Source: Candidatus Cloacimonadales bacterium (lineage in GTDB: Bacteria; Cloacimonadota; Cloacimonadia; Cloacimonadales; DAONDQ01). Taken from it: a DNA stretch of 64,000 bases. This document shows, one piece after another, positions 38,194 through 47,096 of the stretch (position 1 is the stretch's first letter; every line of letters starts with the position of its first letter). Under the pieces are notes generated by a model. The model did no database searches and had not been told where the DNA came from. It saw only the letters and a program-made list of their open reading frames with translations. Where the stretch lies: contig OY759316.1 of assembly GCA_963662275.1 (NCBI GenBank), positions 960,001 through 1,024,000 of the forward strand, written 5' to 3'. Made by a program: the position numbers and the translations under genes.

Positions 38194-40086
38194 GGAGATG
38201 TCCCGAAACTAGCATGATTTTATTTTCTTCTGTTGTAAAATATGTGATTGTTTTTACAGGCAAACTAAATTACTCAATAGTTTCCGAAAAGCGATGCAAA
38301 GACAAGGAAAAACGGAGTAATATTTACCTAATTCATGTTTGAATTCTGGTAGGAAGAGTCTTCATCAGGCTTTTCCTTCAGTATTTTGTAAGTGCAGAAA
38401 CATTTTCCCTATATTATGTCCTAAAAAGAGGAGGGATAACTGTTCCTTGCATTTTCTCAATGAACGGACAGTAAATCTCTCAAACTTCCTGTTCCACTTC
38501 ATGAAAGCAAATACAGCCTCCGGTTCGATGCCTCTTTGCTTTCTCAGCTTGTCGCCTTTTTCAGAAAGCAGATTATTGACGGTCTGACGTTTTAGTGGAG
38601 CTATATGAGGATCGTAGGTCAGTGATTTATGTGTTTTATCCTTGTAGGGAATACACTTTTTATTGTGAGGACATTCTCTGCAGTCATTACATATATAGGT
38701 TTTCACGATTCGTTTCGGACCGTTCTTCTCTGTCTCTTCTTCCTTGATTTTGACCAGTCTCCGATTAAATTGACAGACCCACTCATCATGCTCCTCATCA
38801 TAGCTGAAGCCTGTCAGAAGAGAGTCCCGATAATCTCTCTTATAATCCTGGGTCTTGAGATAGCTTGTTATCTCTTTTTCAGCAGCATAATTCAAATTCA
38901 GCGCAGTGCCATAGGCAGCATCTCCAACAACGTCGGTAGGATATTGTCCCAATTCATCATGCATTTGCTCCATGAGATTGGGAAATTCAACGGTTTCTTT
39001 AGGGATATTGAATAAGTGAATGCCTGTGACAAATTGCTCTGAAGTTCCGATACTGGCAACATAACCCGGTGCCAGCTGTCCATTTTTCAATCGCATAAAT
39101 GTGGCATCATTATCAGTCTTGGATGTGCTGCTGCGTCCTTCTCCAATTATCTCAAGCTGTTGCTCATATTTCTCCAGCTTAGTTATATCATTGCTCTTTG
39201 ATTTGGAGATTTCGCGCAAAAGAGATTTGATTTTCTTGATAGCCCGAGTATCTGACGGATGATTTTTCTGTAGTCGGGACATTGCTTCTTTCAGCTTGTT
39301 TTCTGCTGAGACCAGTCTATCTCTGATCTGTTCAGATGCGACTGTAGCAGTTTTCTCTGATTCAACCGCATGCAATTGCTCACCAAGCTCAAGAAGATCA
39401 GCGGTTCCATATTGCTGTTGCTCTTCCTGATTATATTCCTCGATCTTTTTAAACAATCCCTCAACTCGTGTCTTGACCAGTTCCTGATAACGAAGCGCAT
39501 TGCTTTTCCAGATGTAGGAATTCTTGCCGGCATTTGCGTGAATCGTCGTCCCGTCAACAAAACAGGTGTCGAGATCAAGATATCCTAATGATGATGCTTT
39601 CAGTACTACCTGATAAAATACATCAATAAGAATATCAGAACACTTAGTCCAGGCAAAGGTGTTGATCGTTCTGAAATCAGGTTCCTGTTCTCCTGCCAGC
39701 CAGATAAAATTGATGTTCTCCCGAACAGCCTTAGCTATCTTCCGACAGGTATAAATACCATTGATATAGGCGTATACAATGATCTTCAACATCATCTTGG
39801 GATGATAAGCAGGTGTACCTTCATCAGAGTATCTTGTATATAGCTCAGATAAGTCCAGTTGCTCAACGACATCGTTAACATAACGAACCATGTGCTGGGG
39901 AGGTATTCTCTCTTCAATATTAAGTCCATAGAGTGTCCCCTGATTCGGATTGTGCTCTCTGAAATTCATAATTCTCTCTATGCTTAGTTTTTAAAGGCAA
40001 CAATACACCCTATAACAATATGTCAAGTAATATGATTAATATTTAATAGTTGCTATTTTTCTATCATTTAGTTTCGGGACATCTCC
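38194..40086 (-). mobile_element. IS1182-family insertion sequence
   Basis: 18-bp perfect terminal IRs GGAGATGTCCCGAAACTA (38194-38211 and 40069-40086) around one transposase gene; no clear target duplication seen. Confidence 0.9.
38365..39969 (-). CDS. IS1182-family DDE transposase
   Basis: GTPAYHPKMMLK, PDFRTI, VDGTTIHANA, KTDNDATFMR, GDAAYG, RGIEPEAVFAFMK. Confidence 0.93.
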   Translation of the reverse strand: MNFREHNPNQGTLYGLNIEERIPPQHMVRYVNDVVEQLDLSELYTRYSDEGTPAYHPKMMLKIIVYAYINGIYTCRKIAKAVRENINFIWLAGEQEPDFRTINTFAWTKCSDILIDVFYQVVLKASSLGYLDLDTCFVDGTTIHANAGKNSYIWKSNALRYQELVKTRVEGLFKKIEEYNQEEQQQYGTADLLELGEQLHAVESEKTATVASEQIRDRLVSAENKLKEAMSRLQKNHPSDTRAIKKIKSLLREISKSKSNDITKLEKYEQQLEIIGEGRSSTSKTDNDATFMRLKNGQLAPGYVASIGTSEQFVTGIHLFNIPKETVEFPNLMEQMHDELGQYPTDVVGDAAYGTALNLNYAAEKEITSYLKTQDYKRDYRDSLLTGFSYDEEHDEWVCQFNRRLVKIKEEETEKNGPKRIVKTYICNDCRECPHNKKCIPYKDKTHKSLTYDPHIAPLKRQTVNNLLSEKGDKLRKQRGIEPEAVFAFMKWNRKFERFTVRSLRKCKEQLSLLFLGHNIGKMFLHLQNTEGKA

Positions 40087-40104
40087 AAGTATTCCTAAGA
40101 ATTT

Positions 40105-41208
40105 CTAATCCAATTTTACTTTTATCAATTTCTCTAAAGTCCTATACCATTCCAAAGTCAAGGGGATCGAGATTTCTCCGGGAAGATTGAATAAATCCAA
40201 AGCAGGAAAGGAGTCAGACTGGTCTTTCCATATCCATTGCTTATTTACAGCTAACAGACTGACTTCAACGTGACAACCGGTTAAACCCGGAGCTACGATG
40301 CAACCGTCTAAAGGCGGAGCTACAGGAGATTGCTGATTCACATAAAAAAGACTGCCTTCACTGCTGATCTTATTAATTGCAGGAACGAGATAGCCATCTT
40401 CATTCACTAATTTTGCGATCTGGTCAAAACAATCACGGATGATATCTCCAGGTAATTCAGAACCTGTATGATATGCCCAATCAATGATGAAAGTAATTCC
40501 CCGCAGAATATCGTAGTCATAATAGCGTGGAAAGGAGAGTTGTAACCAGCCTTTATTGATATCCTGGAGAGTCGATGTCTTATACAAGCCACGTTGTAAA
40601 AGATATTGAGCACCTTTATCCAATAAAGCTTTAATATGGGAGTCTTTTGTCTTTTGGAAAACGATAAGCATAGCCTCCAACATCGGTAAAGTGGAGAGGA
40701 ATGAACCTTTCATATTCTTCGTATAAACAGCTTCATCACAATTATATCCCCCATCAGGCAACTGGTACTTCTCCAACCATTCATACCACCAGGGAAGACG
40801 CATATGAACATCGTAACCACAATCCTCTAATATTTTGTACATATTTCCCAAAGCACAAAAACAAATTACATGCCTATAAGGATCACAGTTCTCAGGTAAA
40901 TCAGCTTGAATTAAAGGGAAATAGTGAAGATAATGAGAATCTATTATGTTAATCAGGTTATCCAAAAATTCGTGAGGTATAAGATGTTTGTATCCAGCTT
41001 CATAAAGTAAAAGTGCTTTCCACCAGGGGCTATTCCATTTAGGCCAATAGGGGTCGAGTTTAATACTATCGAGAGAAAGATCCGAGCTTAACTCTTTGCC
41101 CAAATCCATAAGGATTGAATTCTGATCTTCATCCATGATCAATCTACTTGAGATTGATTGATATTCAACCAGGCTCTTTTCTATCTTCAATTGTAAATCA
41201 TTCATCAT
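40105..41208 (-). CDS. Hypothetical protein, prenyltransferase/squalene-cyclase-like repeat fold, with a 31-aa repeat-derived insert
   Basis: YQLPDGGYNCD, SFLSTLP.LEA, FPRYYDYDILRG; insert at 40249-40341. Confidence 0.65.
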   Translation of the reverse strand: MMNDLQLKIEKSLVEYQSISSRLIMDEDQNSILMDLGKELSSDLSLDSIKLDPYWPKWNSPWWKALLLYEAGYKHLIPHEFLDNLINIIDSHYLHYFPLIQADLPENCDPYRHVICFCALGNMYKILEDCGYDVHMRLPWWYEWLEKYQLPDGGYNCDEAVYTKNMKGSFLSTLPMLEAMLIVFQKTKDSHIKALLDKGAQYLLQRGLYKTSTLQDINKGWLQLSFPRYYDYDILRGITFIIDWAYHTGSELPGDIIRDCFDQIAKLVNEDGYLVPAINKISSEGSLFYVNQQSPVAPPLDGCIVAPGLTGCHVEVSLLAVNKQWIWKDQSDSFPALDLFNLPGEISIPLTLEWYRTLEKLIKVKLD

Positions 41209-41430
41209 ACCTTCTTTAACGTTATTTTTACATTTAGTATTTAGGAAGTCAATTCAAAATATATACTAGCTAAAAAAGAAAAAGAAATTTCTATAAGATA
41301 GACAAAGAACAAAATTGACATACTTGCCATGCTGAAAATAACTGTACTTATCAGTTAAGCAATAGGTTATAAAATTTAGCCACCCTGACTGCAATGTCGG
41401 AGTGGCTATTTTTTTTATTAAGGAGATAAA

Positions 41431-42348
41431 ATGAGAAAACTACAATGCCTATTATTAAGCTTGATACTGCTGTTTCTTTTACTAATCCAATCTGGTTGCC
41501 AAAAGAATAATTCCAAACTGGTTATCGGATATATCAAACCCTCTATCAATCATATGCCATTGAGTTTTATACTCCAGCAAAATCAGCAAATAAGTGGCAA
41601 TTATGAAATGATTAGTTTCACATCAGGCTGGGAAGTACAGGAAGCAATTGCAGCAGGAAAACTCGATCTTGCCATCATGCCTTTTACATATGCTTGGACA
41701 CTTCGTTCCAAAGGCTATAAAGTAAAAACGATGGCTTGTCTTGAGCGGGAAACGGATGGTATTGTTGTAAAAGATAATATTAAGGCTGCAAATGATTTGA
41801 ATCATGCTAAAATTGGTGTTTTGAGAGCTTCATCTCTGGAAGCACTCCTTGATGATTATGCTGCTAGAAATGCTATCAAGTTTACTCCCATTTATTTTCG
41901 AACTCCTAATGAACTTACAGAGGCTTTATCTAAAGGAGCAGTGGATGCAATTGTCAGTTATGTTCCCATCATTGAGCGGATGCCATCTAATTTGCACGTG
42001 TTGCATTGGTTTTCTGATGACTATCCAGGTCACCCCTGCTGTAACTTGGTGGTAACTGAAAGGGCTTTAGAGACAAAATCAAAACAAATTTACAGGCTTA
42101 TGGCATTATTACAGGAAGGAATTGATACTTTTAATTCCAAATCGAATGATGTTATTGATTACATCGCCAACTATTTTAACCTGACACCTGTTCAGGCAGG
42201 AAAAGCCATGCAGCATGTGAAATTTAAGTTAAAAGTATCTGCTGAAGATATTGCCTGGGAACGTAATATGATGCAGAACTTTATTTGTAAGGGCTATCTG
42301 GAAAATCTATCAACAGATAGCGATATGTATTATATATCAAAAGATTAA
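41431..42348 (+). CDS. NitT/TauT-type ABC transporter substrate-binding lipoprotein
   Basis: Lipobox QSG-C; EAIAAGKLDLA; ALSKGAVDA; HPCC. Confidence 0.85.
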   Translation: MRKLQCLLLSLILLFLLLIQSGCQKNNSKLVIGYIKPSINHMPLSFILQQNQQISGNYEMISFTSGWEVQEAIAAGKLDLAIMPFTYAWTLRSKGYKVKTMACLERETDGIVVKDNIKAANDLNHAKIGVLRASSLEALLDDYAARNAIKFTPIYFRTPNELTEALSKGAVDAIVSYVPIIERMPSNLHVLHWFSDDYPGHPCCNLVVTERALETKSKQIYRLMALLQEGIDTFNSKSNDVIDYIANYFNLTPVQAGKAMQHVKFKLKVSAEDIAWERNMMQNFICKGYLENLSTDSDMYYISKD

Positions 42349-42353
42349 GTCTG

Positions 42354-42959
42354 ATGCTGGAAATACATTTACTGCTGAAAGATTCCTTATATACAATAAG
42401 CAGGATTGTCATCGCCTCTCTCTTTGCATGGTTAATTGCTATCATGATTGGAATCCTGCTATCAAAAAGTAGAATACTATATAAAATCTTCCTGCCCTTC
42501 TTAAACTTCTTTCGGCAGATTTCGCCTTTTGCCTGGCTGCCTTTTGCCATTATCCTATTTGGTTTGGGTGAAATACCCATCCAATTTGTCCTCTTCACAG
42601 CTATGTTTTTCCCCTCTGTGCTAATGGTTTACGAAGTGATGCATCTCTTTCCCAAGGACATCCTGGAAGAAGCAAAGTGTTCAGGGGCGCATGGATTGAC
42701 TCTGATCCGCTACATAGAGTTACCCATGATCATGTCACAACTCATCAATGTTTATCGCATTTTATGGGCAGTTGGCTGGAGTACAGTAATTGCTGCAGAA
42801 ATGCTGGGAGTTTCCCAGGGATTGGGCTTCAGGTTGTTGGATTACAGATTCTTATTGGCATTCAAACCTATGGTTGCATATCTGGTCGTTATTGGATCAA
42901 TTGGAGTCTTGAGTGATATTGGTATTAAAAAAGTGCAGAAGATATTTAGTATCAACTAG
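42354..42959 (+). CDS. NitT/TauT-type ABC permease
   Basis: RQISPFAWLP, EEAKCSGA (EAA loop), WSTVIAAEMLG..GLG; no ATPase gene adjacent. Confidence 0.88.
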   Translation: MLEIHLLLKDSLYTISRIVIASLFAWLIAIMIGILLSKSRILYKIFLPFLNFFRQISPFAWLPFAIILFGLGEIPIQFVLFTAMFFPSVLMVYEVMHLFPKDILEEAKCSGAHGLTLIRYIELPMIMSQLINVYRILWAVGWSTVIAAEMLGVSQGLGFRLLDYRFLLAFKPMVAYLVVIGSIGVLSDIGIKKVQKIFSIN

Positions 42960-43056
42960 TCGAATTCGAAATTACCACTCAGAAAATTCTTATCTGGACG
43001 CATAACCTGCTTTTTTCAAATTGATTTAGAGTCAGATATTTGACAAAAGGAGATCT

Positions 43057-43812
43057 ATGAAGTCAGCTCTTTGTGTTTTTCCCATTCAAGGTGATATTCA
43101 CACTTCTGTTAGCAAAATGAAGGATTACATTCTAGAAGCTGCAAATCAAAATTGTGATCTAATTGTATTTCCTGAAGCCTGTTTAACCGGAATTGATTTA
43201 TCGAGTAATTATGAGAAGGATTCAAAGCTAGGATTGAATATTGATGCCGATGAAATTATGTCTATACGCCAAATGGCTAAAGATTCCGAAATCTATATAG
43301 CATTCGGATGGTTAGAGATTGAACAACAGAAATTATATGATAGTGCTTTACTTATAAATGATGAAGGCGAAATATTAATACATCATAGAAGAATGAGTCG
43401 TGGATGGATCGATTTTAATGCAAATTCGAAATTATATTGCTGCGGTGTTGATATAGAGTTATGCCAGACTAAATTCGGGAAAATCTCCTTTCTTATTTGC
43501 GGTGATCTCTTTACCGAAGGGATCTCTGAAAAAACCATAGCAGCGAAACCCGATATTGTCATTTATATCATGGCAAGAAGCTTTGCCAACAATGCTGATA
43601 TACAAAAGCAATGGGACACGATTGAATTACCGCATTATCGTGATAAATGGAAGGGACTCGATGGAACTGTCCTGATTACAAATTTATTAGAAATTATGGA
43701 CTTGGATTGTGTTGATATTTACTGTGGTGGAGCATATGTACTGGATGGACATGGGCACATATTAGCATCTAAACCTTTATTGGAAGCAGGTTTGTTAATT
43801 TATCCAATATAA
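43057..43812 (+). CDS. Carbon-nitrogen hydrolase (nitrilase superfamily)
   Basis: DLIVFPEA, YDSA, HHRR at the usual Lys position, FGKISFLICGD. Confidence 0.85.
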   Translation: MKSALCVFPIQGDIHTSVSKMKDYILEAANQNCDLIVFPEACLTGIDLSSNYEKDSKLGLNIDADEIMSIRQMAKDSEIYIAFGWLEIEQQKLYDSALLINDEGEILIHHRRMSRGWIDFNANSKLYCCGVDIELCQTKFGKISFLICGDLFTEGISEKTIAAKPDIVIYIMARSFANNADIQKQWDTIELPHYRDKWKGLDGTVLITNLLEIMDLDCVDIYCGGAYVLDGHGHILASKPLLEAGLLIYPI

Positions 43813-43907
43813 AATGTCCATTCTCATGTTGATTTCCTTAAGCTAACTATTGACTTTCTTTTACAGCTATTCTATATTGAACACATGAATACCTATTAGG
43901 AGATTTG

Positions 43908-44366
43908 ATGAAACCTACAATTAAAAAGCTGGATGATATGACAGTCGTGGGACTGATTATCAAAACAACAATGAAAGATAACAAGATTCCTCAACTATGG
44001 GATGAGTTTTCCAAGTATATGGATAAAATTCCCCATGCTGTTGAAAAGAACGTGGCTTTAGGCATCTGCTTTTGGGTTGATATGGACGGTTTTACTGAGA
44101 AGGATGAATTTCAATATATGGCTGCTATACCCGTAACATCAACTGACCAAGTTCCAGCAGGATTGACTGTCAGAAAGATTCCTGCTGCAACTTATGCTGT
44201 TTTTACACATCAAGGTTCATTGGATAAATTGCAGGATACATATGGAAAGATATTTACCCAAGGTTTGAAAGGATATGAAATGGCAAATGTGGATGAAATC
44301 GAATGGTATGGACAGAAATTCAAGTATGCCAGCCTGATAGTGAGATGGAGATATACATACCTGTGA
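43908..44366 (+). CDS. Stand-alone GyrI-like small-molecule binding protein, C-terminus frameshifted
   Basis: Paralogous to the C-terminal domain of 6368-7225; after about 44328 the homologous QPDSEMEIYIPVK lies in another frame. Confidence 0.8.
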   Translation: MKPTIKKLDDMTVVGLIIKTTMKDNKIPQLWDEFSKYMDKIPHAVEKNVALGICFWVDMDGFTEKDEFQYMAAIPVTSTDQVPAGLTVRKIPAATYAVFTHQGSLDKLQDTYGKIFTQGLKGYEMANVDEIEWYGQKFKYASLIVRWRYTYL

Positions 44367-44412
44367 AAGGAACTAGAGGCTAGAGACCCAGGGCTAGGGA
44401 AATTAAGAATTA

Positions 44413-44462
44413 CAGAAGGGAAGAAGGAAGAAGGGAGAAGGAAGAAGGAAGAAGGAAGAATT
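44413..44462. repeat. Heptamer microsatellite (AAGAAGG)n between convergent genes
   Basis: About 7 copies, followed by CTGTTCC/CTGTTAC heptamers. Confidence 0.8.
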
Positions 44463-44490
44463 GCTGTTCCCTATTACCTGTTACCTGTAT

Positions 44491-46134
44491 TCAATCCCAT
44501 TCTTTCAGCATTTTCATGGCATCTTCATCCGTTTGCGATTCCATGATCTGTTTCAGGAAGATGCCGTTGCTTGCTAACCTGGCGAGGTATCCAATCATTT
44601 TAATATGAATATTGGGATCTTCAGCAGGAGAAAGAAGCAGCATCATCAGCTTAGACGTACCGCCTGAAAAGGAATCTAAGATGCCTGTTTTGGCGATTCC
44701 CATAACCAGGATGGGATGGGGAATACCTTCGATGCGGCAATGAGGAAACCTGATCTCCTCGCTGAGGTATGTAGCACCTTGCTGTTCCCGTGCCATGACT
44801 TTTGCCCAGACCTTATCAATACTAAGCCCCTGCTGTATTTCACAGGCAGTTTGTACAAGTGATAGAATCGCTTCGTTTAACTCAATTACTTCATGCCAAA
44901 CTTGTATATTAGCTGAATGCAACGGATGTTTGATATCGAAAAAAGAAGTATTTATTTGAAATGGGAGAGTAGCCGTTGTTTTTCTTTCCAAGTCCTCTTC
45001 CGCTTGATTTCTCGTATCAAATACAATGACGGTCGCTCCGTTGCTTTCCTCAATAAGACGTTCCGAAATGCTCTTCTTTCCAAAAATGTGCTGTAATCGA
45101 TTCGTTATCCTCCCGGGAGTCCCAATCACGATCTGTCCTACTCGATATTCCTTGGAAAACTGGAGAAGGGTATCCACAATATCCTCGCCTTTATAAGTGA
45201 ACACAGTCGCTCCTAATTGACGTGCAAGTTTCAGCGTTTCAGAGAGAATATTCTGCGTCGTTGAATCAATAACATCTGGAGTCTCAGCAGGTGTTTGCAC
45301 ATAAACAGCATACCAGTTTCTATTTAGTCGACCAGCGAGTCGTGAAGCAAAACGCAGCAGCTTTTCCCGATTTGCTCCTCGTGAACTGAGACATACCATT
45401 ACTTGATCTGAGTTCGGGAGAGTATCACCATCCACTTGATCACGTCTCTTAAAATCTATTTGAGCGGCTAACTCACGTAGAGCTAATTCTCGTAATTGTT
45501 CAAGATTATTGATTTTGAAGAAGTTCATCAGGGCATAATTGATTCCTTCAGGCACATAGATTTTACCATCTTGGAGTCTTTGGATCAAATCTTCAATCGA
45601 AACATCCACGTTTACTATCTGGTCAGCTTCCACTAGAATTCTATCAGGGACTCGCTCCCTGACTTTAACACTTGTGGCTGAAACAACAGTATCATAAAGA
45701 CTTTCGATATGCTGAACATTCATAGTCGTGATAACGTGAATACCGGCAGCCAGAATTTCTTCCACATCCTGGTAACGCTTGGAATTCCGACTACCAGGAA
45801 CATTGGAATGGGCAAGTTCATCAACAAGAACAACTTCAGGTTTGTTGGCGAGGATTGCATCAACATCCATTTCGGTGATATTGATATCATGATATGTGAA
45901 AGAACGACGTTGTATTAGCGTTAATCCATTCAATAAAGCTTCAGTCTCGGTTCTTCCATGTGTTTCCACATATCCAACCATGACATTGACACCTTCATTA
46001 AGTAATCGTTTTGCTTCTAGCAGCATAGAATATGTTTTACCAACTCCTGCACAATAACCTAGGTATATTTTGAGCTTACCGCGTTGTGATTTTCGGATTA
46101 AGTGCAAAAAACTGTTTGCCCTTTGCTCACTCAT
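44491..46134 (-). CDS. KdpD N-terminal domain + USP + PTS EIIA fusion (no kinase domain)
   Basis: GKLKIYLGYCAGVGKTYSML, LVDELAHSN, LRELALR; USP VMVCLSS..WYAVYV; EIIA REQQGATYLSEEIRFPHCR..H. Confidence 0.9.
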   Translation of the reverse strand: MSEQRANSFLHLIRKSQRGKLKIYLGYCAGVGKTYSMLLEAKRLLNEGVNVMVGYVETHGRTETEALLNGLTLIQRRSFTYHDINITEMDVDAILANKPEVVLVDELAHSNVPGSRNSKRYQDVEEILAAGIHVITTMNVQHIESLYDTVVSATSVKVRERVPDRILVEADQIVNVDVSIEDLIQRLQDGKIYVPEGINYALMNFFKINNLEQLRELALRELAAQIDFKRRDQVDGDTLPNSDQVMVCLSSRGANREKLLRFASRLAGRLNRNWYAVYVQTPAETPDVIDSTTQNILSETLKLARQLGATVFTYKGEDIVDTLLQFSKEYRVGQIVIGTPGRITNRLQHIFGKKSISERLIEESNGATVIVFDTRNQAEEDLERKTTATLPFQINTSFFDIKHPLHSANIQVWHEVIELNEAILSLVQTACEIQQGLSIDKVWAKVMAREQQGATYLSEEIRFPHCRIEGIPHPILVMGIAKTGILDSFSGGTSKLMMLLLSPAEDPNIHIKMIGYLARLASNGIFLKQIMESQTDEDAMKMLKEWD

Positions 46135-46155
46135 GACAGTTCCACCTCTTATCAA

Positions 46156-46734
46156 TTAGAATACGATTGATTGTTTATCATAAGGAATTTCTTTGTCCAA
46201 TAATTGATTCAATTTCAATACGTTTACTATCGATGATTCATTGAAGACATTTCTTTTTGTGGTCAGTAAGACAAGTTTGATAACGCTTTTCACATCAACT
46301 CCCCTGGTCTTGGCAACCCGTTCTGCCTGGTACAAAGCTCCCTCTATCGTGATATCTGGGTCAAGCCCGCTTCCTGAGTTCGTTACCATATCCAAAGGTA
46401 CTTGCTTTTCATTTGTTTGATCAAGGTTTGCTAATGATTTCTTGATTCGTTCTCTCAAGGCAGGATTGGTTGTTGCTAGATTGCTTCCGCCTGAACCAGA
46501 CGCATTGTAATCAACGGCAGAAGGTCGTGACCAAAAGTAACCAGGACTGGTGAATTGCTGCCCTATCAAGTGACTGCCTATAATAATACATGAAGAATTC
46601 TTGATCAATGAACCTTCTGCTTTAGCAGGTGCGATACTCTTGGCAATTATCCAAACGATACCGGGATAAAGAACGCAGCAGATAAGAAGAGTAAGAACTA
46701 TATTCTTACAGGAAGAAATAACATCATTCATCAT
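46156..46734 (-). CDS. kdpC: K+-transporting ATPase subunit C
   Basis: LIGQQFTSPGYFWSRPSA, SGGSNL, SGSGLDPDI, VNVLKLN. Confidence 0.95.
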   Translation of the reverse strand: MMNDVISSCKNIVLTLLICCVLYPGIVWIIAKSIAPAKAEGSLIKNSSCIIIGSHLIGQQFTSPGYFWSRPSAVDYNASGSGGSNLATTNPALRERIKKSLANLDQTNEKQVPLDMVTNSGSGLDPDITIEGALYQAERVAKTRGVDVKSVIKLVLLTTKRNVFNESSIVNVLKLNQLLDKEIPYDKQSIVF

Positions 46735-46786
46735 ATTTTCCTTTGTTTCTGGAATTTAGAAGATATATTAAGTTAACATCAGCTTT

Positions 46787-47023
46787 TCAAACTCTCCGAC
46801 ACTATGCTTCGACTCCGCTCAGCAACCGCCACCTCTCTTTATCCAAAGAGAGGAATGGGTAACTCGCATACTGTCTGATTTCCCTCCCTTTAGATAAAGG
46901 GAGGAATGGGTAACGCGCATACTGTCTGATTTCCCTCCCTTTAGATAAAGGGAGGAATGGGTAACGCGCATACTGTCTGATTTCCCTCCCTTTGGATAAA
47001 GGGAGGGATTAAGGGAGAGTTTG
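46787..47023. repeat. Composite element: 51-bp tandem repeat (3 units, 4 hairpins) bounded by TCAAACTCTCC/GGAGAGTTTGA inverted repeats
   Basis: Unit CCTCCCTTTAGATAAAGGGAGGAATGGGTAACGCGCATACTGTCTGATTTC; period 51 (46871, 46922, 46973). Confidence 0.85.
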
Positions 47024-47096
47024 ATTCTGCTATATGAACTTCCCTCATCTGTTGCGAAAATCTGATTTTTAGTGAAATTCATTACTTTATATTTCC

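Noticed and set aside
46819..47082. 87-aa ORF between kdpB and kdpC
   Set aside because: Translation of the 51-bp hairpin repeats; no independent coding evidence
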